From positions 1 to 51,687 of the forward strand of contig CAWUFA030000004.1 in the NCBI GenBank assembly GCA_963921275.4: 51,687 nucleotides of DNA. The letters are read 5' to 3'. The position numbers and the translations under genes were made by a program. Positions 10,301 to 25,148 of this stretch are shown here, one piece after another; positions within the stretch are counted from its first letter, which is position 1; the number at the start of each line of letters is the position of its first letter. A model generated the notes under the pieces. That model did not search any database. It had not been told where the DNA came from and saw nothing but the letters and a program-made list of their open reading frames with translations. This stretch comes from an uncultured Hormoscilla sp. Lineage in GTDB: Bacteria; Cyanobacteriota; Cyanobacteriia; Cyanobacteriales; Desertifilaceae.

Positions 10301-13300
10301 GGTGACCGCCTGGGAATACCGAGTGTTGTAGGCTTTTGCTTGAATGTTTTTTTTTTCAAAACAAGCGCGCCAACTTGTGACGAAAGTTGCGTTTTGGCAC
10401 TCGAAATCAAACCGCAAGCAGAAGAGCGTTCAAAGGCAATAAAGCGGCTGCTCGACGATTGTTGGGCATTCTATTTGAATAAGGTAAGTTGAGCGCTATG
10501 AAGTGCTGTTTTTTTCAAAAATAAAGGACGAGCTGCGAGAACCTATCTCAAAAGCTCCTTAAAGATATATATCTAGAATATCAACGTGTGGTGATGGTGC
10601 GTGCGTGCACGCATTGTTTAACCCTTTGAGGATCATAATATTCTAATTTATAAAATTTGAGACAATTCCTTTATTGTTTGGAAACAACAAAGTTACAATG
10701 AATTTCAGAAAAATGGTTATTACGTCATAATGATATAAGATGTAACAATCATGTAACATATGTGTTACATTATCCCTCAAAGGGTTAAGAAAGAGAGGGG
10801 GAACGGCGGTGTTGATTCGTACTTGGAAATCGCTTCTCGGCTCTCAAGAGCTAAGATCAAGTGTAGTATCTGTTCTTCTCAGTTTAATACCTGGGACGGC
10901 CAGCATCGCTGGGCCCTTGTATTAATCGTATGTTTGAACAGAGGGTGACGATTGAAAGCTTGCTTTGTCGCACCCACGGGTTGTCCCGGTATTGCAGTAC
11001 CTCCGGGCTCGGCCCACACCCGCCACTGGCGGGTTTGCTTGTTGTTTCATTTCAATCTCGATTGATTCAATAGTGATTTTCTTGCATCTTTTCTTTTGCA
11101 TTTCAAAACGACGACGATTGCTTGCTGGTCGTCATTCTAGAGCCAGCCTTCAAATTTCAAAAGCGCTCGAGCGAGGGCCTTCAGGAAAATCATGCTCTCC
11201 CCTTACCAAGCGCTCGAGCAAGCCAGCAAGCAAAAGTAACCACAGGTGTGCCACTGAAGCGCTTCAATCAGGCTCGTGGCAAGCGCGCAAAAACTCATAC
11301 TTACCTGACGAGGGTCTTCACCGTGATCACGTAGGCGGTGGGCCCAGGGCGAGGCCCGACCATTGCACTTCGGCCGGGTTGACCCCCGCGATTATCTCAA
11401 ATGTGGATAACTCGGTCGTAGAATTTCTGTTGGTGGGGACTGCGTTCGCGCTATCCCTTAATTGTCGTCGCTTTTAATCGCTGCCCACACTTTGCCAGCC
11501 AGCTTATCAGTTCGTTTCGAGTCGATTTTGCAAAAGAACTAGCTCATAGGCAAGCTGCTTCGCTTAAAAAGCTCGTTTTCGCAAAACGCTATCGCCTACG
11601 ACCATACCACGTTGAACGCACCCCATCTCGTCCGATCTGGGAAGTTAAGCAACGTCGGGCTCGGTTAGTACTTGGATGGGTGACCGCCTGGGAATACCGA
11701 GTGTTGTAGGCTTTTGCTTGAATGTTTTTTTTTTCAAAACAAGCGCGCCAACTTGTGACGAAAGTTGCGTTTTGGCACTCGAAATCAAACCGCAAGCAGA
11801 AGAGCGTTCAAAGGCAATAAAGCGGCTGCTCGACGATTGTTGGGCATTCTATTTGAATAAGGTAAGTTGAGCGCTATGAAGTGCTGTTTTTTTCAAAAAT
11901 AAAGGACGAGCTGCGAGAACCTATCTCAAAAGCTCCTTAAAGATATATATCTAGAATATCAACGTGTGGTGATGGTGCGTGCGTGCACGCATTGTTTAAC
12001 CCTTTGAGGATCATAATATTCTAATTTATAAAATTTGAGACAATTCCTTTATTGTTTGGAAACAACAAAGTTACAATGAATTTCAGAAAAATGGTTATTA
12101 CGTCATAATGATATAAGATGTAACATATGTGTTACATTATCCCTCAAAGGGTTAAGAAAGAGAGGGGGAACGGCGGTGTTGATTCGTACTTGGAAATCGC
12201 TTCTCGGCTCTCAAGAGCTAAGATCAAGTGTAGTATCTGTTCTTCTCAGTTTAATACCTGGGACGGCCAGCATCGCTGGGCCCTTGTATTAATCGTATGT
12301 TTGAACAGAGGGTGACGATTGAAAGCTTGCTTTGTCGCACCCACGGGTTGTCCCGGTATTGCAGTACCTCCGGGCTCGGCCCACACCCGCCACTGGCGGG
12401 TTTGCTTGTTGTTTCATTTCAATCTCGATTGATTCAATAGTGATTTTCTTGCATCTTTTCTTTTGCATTTCAAAACGACGACGATTGCTTGCTGGTCGTC
12501 ATTCTAGAGCCAGCCTTCAAATTTCAAAAGCGCTCGAGCGAGGGCCTTCAGGAAAATCATGCTCTCCCCTTACCAAGCGCTCGAGCAAGCCAGCAAGCAA
12601 AAGTAACCACAGGTGTGCCACTGAAGCGCTTCAATCAGGCTCGTGGCAAGCGCGCAAAAACTCATACTTACCTGACGAGGGTCTTCACCGTGATCACGTA
12701 GGCGGTGGGCCCAGGGCGAGGCCCGACCATTGCACTTCGGCCGGGTTGACCCCCGCGATTATCTCAAATGTGGATAACTCGGTCGTAGAATTTCTGTTGG
12801 TGGGGACTGCGTTCGCGCTATCCCTTAATTGTCGTCGCTTTTAATCGCTGCCCACACTTTGCCAGCCAGCTTATCAGTTCGTTTCGAGTCGATTTTGCAA
12901 AAGAACTAGCTCATAGGCAAGCTGCTTCGCTTAAAAAGCTCGTTTTCGCAAAACGCTATCGCCTACGACCATACCACGTTGAACGCACCCCATCTCGTCC
13001 GATCTGGGAAGTTAAGCAACGTCGGGCTCGGTTAGTACTTGGATGGGTGACCGCCTGGGAATACCGAGTGTTGTAGGCTTTTGCTTGAATGTTTTTTTTT
13101 TCAAAACAAGCGCGCCAACTTGTGACGAAAGTTGCGTTTTGGCACTCGAAATCAAACCGCAAGCAGAAGAGCGTTCAAAGGCAATAAAGCGGCTGCTCGA
13201 CGATTGTTGGGCATTCTATTTGAATAAGGTAAGTTGAGCGCTATGAAGTGCTGTTTTTTTCAAAAATAAAGGACGAGCTGCGAGAACCTATCTCAAAAGC

Positions 13301-16300
13301 TCCTTAAAGATATATATCTAGAATATCAACGTGTGGTGATGGTGCGTGCGTGCACGCATTGTTTAACCCTTTGAGGATCATAATATTCTAATTTATAAAA
13401 TTTGAGACAATTCCTTTATTGTTTGGAAACAACAAAGTTACAATGAATTTCAGAAAAATGGTTATTACGTCATAATGATATAAGATGTAACATATGTGTT
13501 ACATTATCCCTCAAAGGGTTAAGAAAGAGAGGGGGAACGGCGGTGTTGATTCGTACTTGGAAATCGCTTCTCGGCTCTCAAGAGCTAAGATCAAGTGTAG
13601 TATCTGTTCTTCTCAGTTTAATACCTGGGACGGCCAGCATCGCTGGGCCCTTGTATTAATCGTATGTTTGAACAGAGGGTGACGATTGAAAGCTTGCTTT
13701 GTCGCACCCACGGGTTGTCCCGGTATTGCAGTACCTCCGGGCTCGGCCCACACCCGCCACTGGCGGGTTTGCTTGTTGTTTCATTTCAATCTCGATTGAT
13801 TCAATAGTGATTTTCTTGCATCTTTTCTTTTGCATTTCAAAACGACGACGATTGCTTGCTGGTCGTCATTCTAGAGCCAGCCTTCAAATTTCAAAAGCGC
13901 TCGAGCGAGGGCCTTCAGGAAAATCATGCTCTCCCCTTACCAAGCGCTCGAGCAAGCCAGCAAGCAAAAGTAACCACAGGTGTGCCACTGAAGCGCTTCA
14001 ATCAGGCTCGTGGCAAGCGCGCAAAAACTCATACTTACCTGACGAGGGTCTTCACCGTGATCACGTAGGCGGTGGGCCCAGGGCGAGGCCCGACCATTGC
14101 ACTTCGGCCGGGTTGACCCCCGCGATTATCTCAAATGTGGATAACTCGGTCGTAGAATTTCTGTTGGTGGGGACTGCGTTCGCGCTATCCCTTAATTGTC
14201 GTCGCTTTTAATCGCTGCCCACACTTTGCCAGCCAGCTTATCAGTTCGTTTCGAGTCGATTTTGCAAAAGAACTAGCTCATAGGCAAGCTGCTTCGCTTA
14301 AAAAGCTCGTTTTCGCAAAACGCTATCGCCTACGACCATACCACGTTGAACGCACCCCATCTCGTCCGATCTGGGAAGTTAAGCAACGTCGGGCTCGGTT
14401 AGTACTTGGATGGGTGACCGCCTGGGAATACCGAGTGTTGTAGGCTTTTGCTTGAATGTTTTTTTTTTCAAAACAAGCGCGCCAACTTGTGACGAAAGTT
14501 GCGTTTTGGCACTCGAAATCAAACCGCAAGCAGAAGAGCGTTCAAAGGCAATAAAGCGGCTGCTCGACGATTGTTGGGCATTCTATTTGAATAAGGTAAG
14601 TTGAGCGCTATGAAGTGCTGTTTTTTTCAAAAATAAAGGACGAGCTGCGAGAACCTATCTCAAAAGCTCCTTAAAGATATATATCTAGAATATCAACGTG
14701 TGGTGATGGTGCGTGCGTGCACGCATTGTTTAACCCTTTGAGGATCATAATATTCTAATTTATAAAATTTGAGACAATTCCTTTATTGTTTGGAAACAAC
14801 AAAGTTACAATGAATTTCAGAAAAATGGTTATTACGTCATAATGATATAAGATGTAACAATCATGTAACATATGTGTTACATTATCCCTCAAAGGGTTAA
14901 GAAAGAGAGGGGGAACGGCGGTGTTGATTCGTACTTGGAAATCGCTTCTCGGCTCTCAAGAGCTAAGATCAAGTGTAGTATCTGTTCTTCTCAGTTTAAT
15001 ACCTGGGACGGCCAGCATCGCTGGGCCCTTGTATTAATCGTATGTTTGAACAGAGGGTGACGATTGAAAGCTTGCTTTGTCGCACCCACGGGTTGTCCCG
15101 GTATTGCAGTACCTCCGGGCTCGGCCCACACCCGCCACTGGCGGGTTTGCTTGTTGTTTCATTTCAATCTCGATTGATTCAATAGTGATTTTCTTGCATC
15201 TTTTCTTTTGCATTTCAAAACGACGACGATTGCTTGCTGGTCGTCATTCTAGAGCCAGCCTTCAAATTTCAAAAGCGCTCGAGCGAGGGCCTTCAGGAAA
15301 ATCATGCTCTCCCCTTACCAAGCGCTCGAGCAAGCCAGCAAGCAAAAGTAACCACAGGTGTGCCACTGAAGCGCTTCAATCAGGCTCGTGGCAAGCGCGC
15401 AAAAACTCATACTTACCTGACGAGGGTCTTCACCGTGATCACGTAGGCGGTGGGCCCAGGGCGAGGCCCGACCATTGCACTTCGGCCGGGTTGACCCCCG
15501 CGATTATCTCAAATGTGGATAACTCGGTCGTAGAATTTCTGTTGGTGGGGACTGCGTTCGCGCTATCCCTTAATTGTCGTCGCTTTTAATCGCTGCCCAC
15601 ACTTTGCCAGCCAGCTTATCAGTTCGTTTCGAGTCGATTTTGCAAAAGAACTAGCTCATAGGCAAGCTGCTTCGCTTAAAAAGCTCGTTTTCGCAAAACG
15701 CTATCGCCTACGACCATACCACGTTGAACGCACCCCATCTCGTCCGATCTGGGAAGTTAAGCAACGTCGGGCTCGGTTAGTACTTGGATGGGTGACCGCC
15801 TGGGAATACCGAGTGTTGTAGGCTTTTGCTTGAATGTTTTTTTTTTCAAAACAAGCGCGCCAACTTGTGACGAAAGTTGCGTTTTGGCACTCGAAATCAA
15901 ACCGCAAGCAGAAGAGCGTTCAAAGGCAATAAAGCGGCTGCTCGACGATTGTTGGGCATTCTATTTGAATAAGGTAAGTTGAGCGCTATGAAGTGCTGTT
16001 TTTTTCAAAAATAAAGGACGAGCTGCGAGAACCTATCTCAAAAGCTCCTTAAAGATATATATCTAGAATATCAACGTGTGGTGATGGTGCGTGCGTGCAC
16101 GCATTGTTTAACCCTTTGAGGATCATAATATTCTAATTTATAAAATTTGAGACAATTCCTTTATTGTTTGGAAACAACAAAGTTACAATGAATTTCAGAA
16201 AAATGGTTATTACGTCATAATGATATAAGATGTAACAATCATGTAACATATGTGTTACATTATCCCTCAAAGGGTTAAGAAAGAGAGGGGGAACGGCGGT

Positions 16301-19300
16301 GTTGATTCGTACTTGGAAATCGCTTCTCGGCTCTCAAGAGCTAAGATCAAGTGTAGTATCTGTTCTTCTCAGTTTAATACCTGGGACGGCCAGCATCGCT
16401 GGGCCCTTGTATTAATCGTATGTTTGAACAGAGGGTGACGATTGAAAGCTTGCTTTGTCGCACCCACGGGTTGTCCCGGTATTGCAGTACCTCCGGGCTC
16501 GGCCCACACCCGCCACTGGCGGGTTTGCTTGTTGTTTCATTTCAATCTCGATTGATTCAATAGTGATTTTCTTGCATCTTTTCTTTTGCATTTCAAAACG
16601 ACGACGATTGCTTGCTGGTCGTCATTCTAGAGCCAGCCTTCAAATTTCAAAAGCGCTCGAGCGAGGGCCTTCAGGAAAATCATGCTCTCCCCTTACCAAG
16701 CGCTCGAGCAAGCCAGCAAGCAAAAGTAACCACAGGTGTGCCACTGAAGCGCTTCAATCAGGCTCGTGGCAAGCGCGCAAAAACTCATACTTACCTGACG
16801 AGGGTCTTCACCGTGATCACGTAGGCGGTGGGCCCAGGGCGAGGCCCGACCATTGCACTTCGGCCGGGTTGACCCCCGCGATTATCTCAAATGTGGATAA
16901 CTCGGTCGTAGAATTTCTGTTGGTGGGGACTGCGTTCGCGCTATCCCTTAATTGTCGTCGCTTTTAATCGCTGCCCACACTTTGCCAGCCAGCTTATCAG
17001 TTCGTTTCGAGTCGATTTTGCAAAAGAACTAGCTCATAGGCAAGCTGCTTCGCTTAAAAAGCTCGTTTTCGCAAAACGCTATCGCCTACGACCATACCAC
17101 GTTGAACGCACCCCATCTCGTCCGATCTGGGAAGTTAAGCAACGTCGGGCTCGGTTAGTACTTGGATGGGTGACCGCCTGGGAATACCGAGTGTTGTAGG
17201 CTTTTGCTTGAATGTTTTTTTTTTCAAAACAAGCGCGCCAACTTGTGACGAAAGTTGCGTTTTGGCACTCGAAATCAAACCGCAAGCAGAAGAGCGTTCA
17301 AAGGCAATAAAGCGGCTGCTCGACGATTGTTGGGCATTCTATTTGAATAAGGTAAGTTGAGCGCTATGAAGTGCTGTTTTTTTCAAAAATAAAGGACGAG
17401 CTGCGAGAACCTATCTCAAAAGCTCCTTAAAGATATATATCTAGAATATCAACGTGTGGTGATGGTGCGTGCGTGCACGCATTGTTTAACCCTTTGAGGA
17501 TCATAATATTCTAATTTATAAAATTTGAGACAATTCCTTTATTGTTTGGAAACAACAAAGTTACAATGAATTTCAGAAAAATGGTTATTACGTCATAATG
17601 ATATAAGATGTAACAATCATGTAACATATGTGTTACATTATCCCTCAAAGGGTTAAGAAAGAGAGGGGGAACGGCGGTGTTGATTCGTACTTGGAAATCG
17701 CTTCTCGGCTCTCAAGAGCTAAGATCAAGTGTAGTATCTGTTCTTCTCAGTTTAATACCTGGGACGGCCAGCATCGCTGGGCCCTTGTATTAATCGTATG
17801 TTTGAACAGAGGGTGACGATTGAAAGCTTGCTTTGTCGCACCCACGGGTTGTCCCGGTATTGCAGTACCTCCGGGCTCGGCCCACACCCGCCACTGGCGG
17901 GTTTGCTTGTTGTTTCATTTCAATCTCGATTGATTCAATAGTGATTTTCTTGCATCTTTTCTTTTGCATTTCAAAACGACGACGATTGCTTGCTGGTCGT
18001 CATTCTAGAGCCAGCCTTCAAATTTCAAAAGCGCTCGAGCGAGGGCCTTCAGGAAAATCATGCTCTCCCCTTACCAAGCGCTCGAGCAAGCCAGCAAGCA
18101 AAAGTAACCACAGGTGTGCCACTGAAGCGCTTCAATCAGGCTCGTGGCAAGCGCGCAAAAACTCATACTTACCTGACGAGGGTCTTCACCGTGATCACGT
18201 AGGCGGTGGGCCCAGGGCGAGGCCCGACCATTGCACTTCGGCCGGGTTGACCCCCGCGATTATCTCAAATGTGGATAACTCGGTCGTAGAATTTCTGTTG
18301 GTGGGGACTGCGTTCGCGCTATCCCTTAATTGTCGTCGCTTTTAATCGCTGCCCACACTTTGCCAGCCAGCTTATCAGTTCGTTTCGAGTCGATTTTGCA
18401 AAAGAACTAGCTCATAGGCAAGCTGCTTCGCTTAAAAAGCTCGTTTTCGCAAAACGCTATCGCCTACGACCATACCACGTTGAACGCACCCCATCTCGTC
18501 CGATCTGGGAAGTTAAGCAACGTCGGGCTCGGTTAGTACTTGGATGGGTGACCGCCTGGGAATACCGAGTGTTGTAGGCTTTTGCTTGAATGTTTTTTTT
18601 TTCAAAACAAGCGCGCCAACTTGTGACGAAAGTTGCGTTTTGGCACTCGAAATCAAACCGCAAGCAGAAGAGCGTTCAAAGGCAATAAAGCGGCTGCTCG
18701 ACGATTGTTGGGCATTCTATTTGAATAAGGTAAGTTGAGCGCTATGAAGTGCTGTTTTTTTCAAAAATAAAGGACGAGCTGCGAGAACCTATCTCAAAAG
18801 CTCCTTAAAGATATATATCTAGAATATCAACGTGTGGTGATGGTGCGTGCGTGCACGCATTGTTTAACCCTTTGAGGATCATAATATTCTAATTTATAAA
18901 ATTTGAGACAATTCCTTTATTGTTTGGAAACAACAAAGTTACAATGAATTTCAGAAAAATGGTTATTACGTCATAATGATATAAGATGTAACAATCATGT
19001 AACATATGTGTTACATTATCCCTCAAAGGGTTAAGAAAGAGAGGGGGAACGGCGGTGTTGATTCGTACTTGGAAATCGCTTCTCGGCTCTCAAGAGCTAA
19101 GATCAAGTGTAGTATCTGTTCTTCTCAGTTTAATACCTGGGACGGCCAGCATCGCTGGGCCCTTGTATTAATCGTATGTTTGAACAGAGGGTGACGATTG
19201 AAAGCTTGCTTTGTCGCACCCACGGGTTGTCCCGGTATTGCAGTACCTCCGGGCTCGGCCCACACCCGCCACTGGCGGGTTTGCTTGTTGTTTCATTTCA

Positions 19301-22300
19301 ATCTCGATTGATTCAATAGTGATTTTCTTGCATCTTTTCTTTTGCATTTCAAAACGACGACGATTGCTTGCTGGTCGTCATTCTAGAGCCAGCCTTCAAA
19401 TTTCAAAAGCGCTCGAGCGAGGGCCTTCAGGAAAATCATGCTCTCCCCTTACCAAGCGCTCGAGCAAGCCAGCAAGCAAAAGTAACCACAGGTGTGCCAC
19501 TGAAGCGCTTCAATCAGGCTCGTGGCAAGCGCGCAAAAACTCATACTTACCTGACGAGGGTCTTCACCGTGATCACGTAGGCGGTGGGCCCAGGGCGAGG
19601 CCCGACCATTGCACTTCGGCCGGGTTGACCCCCGCGATTATCTCAAATGTGGATAACTCGGTCGTAGAATTTCTGTTGGTGGGGACTGCGTTCGCGCTAT
19701 CCCTTAATTGTCGTCGCTTTTAATCGCTGCCCACACTTTGCCAGCCAGCTTATCAGTTCGTTTCGAGTCGATTTTGCAAAAGAACTAGCTCATAGGCAAG
19801 CTGCTTCGCTTAAAAAGCTCGTTTTCGCAAAACGCTATCGCCTACGACCATACCACGTTGAACGCACCCCATCTCGTCCGATCTGGGAAGTTAAGCAACG
19901 TCGGGCTCGGTTAGTACTTGGATGGGTGACCGCCTGGGAATACCGAGTGTTGTAGGCTTTTGCTTGAATGTTTTTTTTTTCAAAACAAGCGCGCCAACTT
20001 GTGACGAAAGTTGCGTTTTGGCACTCGAAATCAAACCGCAAGCAGAAGAGCGTTCAAAGGCAATAAAGCGGCTGCTCGACGATTGTTGGGCATTCTATTT
20101 GAATAAGGTAAGTTGAGCGCTATGAAGTGCTGTTTTTTTCAAAAATAAAGGACGAGCTGCGAGAACCTATCTCAAAAGCTCCTTAAAGATATATATCTAG
20201 AATATCAACGTGTGGTGATGGTGCGTGCGTGCACGCATTGTTTAACCCTTTGAGGATCATAATATTCTAATTTATAAAATTTGAGACAATTCCTTTATTG
20301 TTTGGAAACAACAAAGTTACAATGAATTTCAGAAAAATGGTTATTACGTCATAATGATATAAGATGTAACAATCATGTAACATATGTGTTACATTATCCC
20401 TCAAAGGGTTAAGAAAGAGAGGGGGAACGGCGGTGTTGATTCGTACTTGGAAATCGCTTCTCGGCTCTCAAGAGCTAAGATCAAGTGTAGTATCTGTTCT
20501 TCTCAGTTTAATACCTGGGACGGCCAGCATCGCTGGGCCCTTGTATTAATCGTATGTTTGAACAGAGGGTGACGATTGAAAGCTTGCTTTGTCGCACCCA
20601 CGGGTTGTCCCGGTATTGCAGTACCTCCGGGCTCGGCCCACACCCGCCACTGGCGGGTTTGCTTGTTGTTTCATTTCAATCTCGATTGATTCAATAGTGA
20701 TTTTCTTGCATCTTTTCTTTTGCATTTCAAAACGACGACGATTGCTTGCTGGTCGTCATTCTAGAGCCAGCCTTCAAATTTCAAAAGCGCTCGAGCGAGG
20801 GCCTTCAGGAAAATCATGCTCTCCCCTTACCAAGCGCTCGAGCAAGCCAGCAAGCAAAAGTAACCACAGGTGTGCCACTGAAGCGCTTCAATCAGGCTCG
20901 TGGCAAGCGCGCAAAAACTCATACTTACCTGACGAGGGTCTTCACCGTGATCACGTAGGCGGTGGGCCCAGGGCGAGGCCCGACCATTGCACTTCGGCCG
21001 GGTTGACCCCCGCGATTATCTCAAATGTGGATAACTCGGTCGTAGAATTTCTGTTGGTGGGGACTGCGTTCGCGCTATCCCTTAATTGTCGTCGCTTTTA
21101 ATCGCTGCCCACACTTTGCCAGCCAGCTTATCAGTTCGTTTCGAGTCGATTTTGCAAAAGAACTAGCTCATAGGCAAGCTGCTTCGCTTAAAAAGCTCGT
21201 TTTCGCAAAACGCTATCGCCTACGACCATACCACGTTGAACGCACCCCATCTCGTCCGATCTGGGAAGTTAAGCAACGTCGGGCTCGGTTAGTACTTGGA
21301 TGGGTGACCGCCTGGGAATACCGAGTGTTGTAGGCTTTTGCTTGAATGTTTTTTTTTTCAAAACAAGCGCGCCAACTTGTGACGAAAGTTGCGTTTTGGC
21401 ACTCGAAATCAAACCGCAAGCAGAAGAGCGTTCAAAGGCAATAAAGCGGCTGCTCGACGATTGTTGGGCATTCTATTTGAATAAGGTAAGTTGAGCGCTA
21501 TGAAGTGCTGTTTTTTTCAAAAATAAAGGACGAGCTGCGAGAACCTATCTCAAAAGCTCCTTAAAGATATATATCTAGAATATCAACGTGTGGTGATGGT
21601 GCGTGCGTGCACGCATTGTTTAACCCTTTGAGGATCATAATATTCTAATTTATAAAATTTGAGACAATTCCTTTATTGTTTGGAAACAACAAAGTTACAA
21701 TGAATTTCAGAAAAATGGTTATTACGTCATAATGATATAAGATGTAACAATCATGTAACATATGTGTTACATTATCCCTCAAAGGGTTAAGAAAGAGAGG
21801 GGGAACGGCGGTGTTGATTCGTACTTGGAAATCGCTTCTCGGCTCTCAAGAGCTAAGATCAAGTGTAGTATCTGTTCTTCTCAGTTTAATACCTGGGACG
21901 GCCAGCATCGCTGGGCCCTTGTATTAATCGTATGTTTGAACAGAGGGTGACGATTGAAAGCTTGCTTTGTCGCACCCACGGGTTGTCCCGGTATTGCAGT
22001 ACCTCCGGGCTCGGCCCACACCCGCCACTGGCGGGTTTGCTTGTTGTTTCATTTCAATCTCGATTGATTCAATAGTGATTTTCTTGCATCTTTTCTTTTG
22101 CATTTCAAAACGACGACGATTGCTTGCTGGTCGTCATTCTAGAGCCAGCCTTCAAATTTCAAAAGCGCTCGAGCGAGGGCCTTCAGGAAAATCATGCTCT
22201 CCCCTTACCAAGCGCTCGAGCAAGCCAGCAAGCAAAAGTAACCACAGGTGTGCCACTGAAGCGCTTCAATCAGGCTCGTGGCAAGCGCGCAAAAACTCAT

Positions 22301-25054
22301 ACTTACCTGACGAGGGTCTTCACCGTGATCACGTAGGCGGTGGGCCCAGGGCGAGGCCCGACCATTGCACTTCGGCCGGGTTGACCCCCGCGATTATCTC
22401 AAATGTGGATAACTCGGTCGTAGAATTTCTGTTGGTGGGGACTGCGTTCGCGCTATCCCTTAATTGTCGTCGCTTTTAATCGCTGCCCACACTTTGCCAG
22501 CCAGCTTATCAGTTCGTTTCGAGTCGATTTTGCAAAAGAACTAGCTCATAGGCAAGCTGCTTCGCTTAAAAAGCTCGTTTTCGCAAAACGCTATCGCCTA
22601 CGACCATACCACGTTGAACGCACCCCATCTCGTCCGATCTGGGAAGTTAAGCAACGTCGGGCTCGGTTAGTACTTGGATGGGTGACCGCCTGGGAATACC
22701 GAGTGTTGTAGGCTTTTGCTTGAATGTTTTTTTTTTCAAAACAAGCGCGCCAACTTGTGACGAAAGTTGCGTTTTGGCACTCGAAATCAAACCGCAAGCA
22801 GAAGAGCGTTCAAAGGCAATAAAGCGGCTGCTCGACGATTGTTGGGCATTCTATTTGAATAAGGTAAGTTGAGCGCTATGAAGTGCTGTTTTTTTCAAAA
22901 ATAAAGGACGAGCTGCGAGAACCTATCTCAAAAGCTCCTTAAAGATATATATCTAGAATATCAACGTGTGGTGATGGTGCGTGCGTGCACGCATTGTTTA
23001 ACCCTTTGAGGATCATAATATTCTAATTTATAAAATTTGAGACAATTCCTTTATTGTTTGGAAACAACAAAGTTACAATGAATTTCAGAAAAATGGTTAT
23101 TACGTCATAATGATATAAGATGTAACAATCATGTAACATATGTGTTACATTATCCCTCAAAGGGTTAAGAAAGAGAGGGGGAACGGCGGTGTTGATTCGT
23201 ACTTGGAAATCGCTTCTCGGCTCTCAAGAGCTAAGATCAAGTGTAGTATCTGTTCTTCTCAGTTTAATACCTGGGACGGCCAGCATCGCTGGGCCCTTGT
23301 ATTAATCGTATGTTTGAACAGAGGGTGACGATTGAAAGCTTGCTTTGTCGCACCCACGGGTTGTCCCGGTATTGCAGTACCTCCGGGCTCGGCCCACACC
23401 CGCCACTGGCGGGTTTGCTTGTTGTTTCATTTCAATCTCGATTGATTCAATAGTGATTTTCTTGCATCTTTTCTTTTGCATTTCAAAACGACGACGATTG
23501 CTTGCTGGTCGTCATTCTAGAGCCAGCCTTCAAATTTCAAAAGCGCTCGAGCGAGGGCCTTCAGGAAAATCATGCTCTCCCCTTACCAAGCGCTCGAGCA
23601 AGCCAGCAAGCAAAAGTAACCACAGGTGTGCCACTGAAGCGCTTCAATCAGGCTCGTGGCAAGCGCGCAAAAACTCATACTTACCTGACGAGGGTCTTCA
23701 CCGTGATCACGTAGGCGGTGGGCCCAGGGCGAGGCCCGACCATTGCACTTCGGCCGGGTTGACCCCCGCGATTATCTCAAATGTGGATAACTCGGTCGTA
23801 GAATTTCTGTTGGTGGGGACTGCGTTCGCGCTATCCCTTAATTGTCGTCGCTTTTAATCGCTGCCCACACTTTGCCAGCCAGCTTATCAGTTCGTTTCGA
23901 GTCGATTTTGCAAAAGAACTAGCTCATAGGCAAGCTGCTTCGCTTAAAAAGCTCGTTTTCGCAAAACGCTATCGCCTACGACCATACCACGTTGAACGCA
24001 CCCCATCTCGTCCGATCTGGGAAGTTAAGCAACGTCGGGCTCGGTTAGTACTTGGATGGGTGACCGCCTGGGAATACCGAGTGTTGTAGGCTTTTGCTTG
24101 AATGTTTTTTTTTTCAAAACAAGCGCGCCAACTTGTGACGAAAGTTGCGTTTTGGCACTCGAAATCAAACCGCAAGCAGAAGAGCGTTCAAAGGCAATAA
24201 AGCGGCTGCTCGACGATTGTTGGGCATTCTATTTGAATAAGGTAAGTTGAGCGCTATGAAGTGCTGTTTTTTTCAAAAATAAAGGACGAGCTGCGAGAAC
24301 CTATCTCAAAAGCTCCTTAAAGATATATATCTAGAATATCAACGTGTGGTGATGGTGCGTGCGTGCACGCATTGTTTAACCCTTTGAGGATCATAATATT
24401 CTAATTTATAAAATTTGAGACAATTCCTTTATTGTTTGGAAACAACAAAGTTACAATGAATTTCAGAAAAATGGTTATTACGTCATAATGATATAAGATG
24501 TAACAATCATGTAACATATGTGTTACATTATCCCTCAAAGGGTTAAGAAAGAGAGGGGGAACGGCGGTGTTGATTCGTACTTGGAAATCGCTTCTCGGCT
24601 CTCAAGAGCTAAGATCAAGTGTAGTATCTGTTCTTCTCAGTTTAATACCTGGGACGGCCAGCATCGCTGGGCCCTTGTATTAATCGTATGTTTGAACAGA
24701 GGGTGACGATTGAAAGCTTGCTTTGTCGCACCCACGGGTTGTCCCGGTATTGCAGTACCTCCAGGCTCGGCCCACACCCGCCACTGGCGGGTTTGCTTGT
24801 TGTTTCATTTCAATCTCGATTGATTCAATAGTGATTTTCTTGCATCTTTTCTTTTGCATTTCAAAACGACGACGATTGCTTGCTGGTCGTCATTCTAGAG
24901 CCAGCCTTCAAATTTCAAAAGCGCTCGAGCGAGGGCCTTCAGGAAAATCATGCTCTCCCCTTACCAAGCGCTCGAGCAAGCCAGCAAGCAAAAGTAACCA
25001 CAGGTGTGCCACTGAAGCGCTTCAATCAGGCTCGTGGCAAGCGCGCAAAAACTC

Positions 25055-25148
25055 ATACTTACCTGACGAGGGTCTTCACCGTGATCACGTAGGCGGTGGG
25101 CCCAGGGCGAGGCCCGACCATTGCACTTCGGCCGGGTTGACCCCCGCG
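25055..25148 (+). pseudogene. U1: 5' part (nt 1-94) of the U1 gene interrupted by the Polinton
   Basis: Matches the array U1 up to ...TTGACCCCCGCG, then switches to AGTAGTATAT. Confidence 0.97.

Larger units (their letters stand above)
1..25148 (+). repeat. Tandem array, left arm: 1378-bp unit U1-5S-SL-MITE-U2 (about 18.3 units; two units are 1367 bp)
   Basis: The sequence and ORF track recur every 1378 bp, with two 1367-bp steps near 12120 and 13490. Units are almost identical. Confidence 0.99.
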
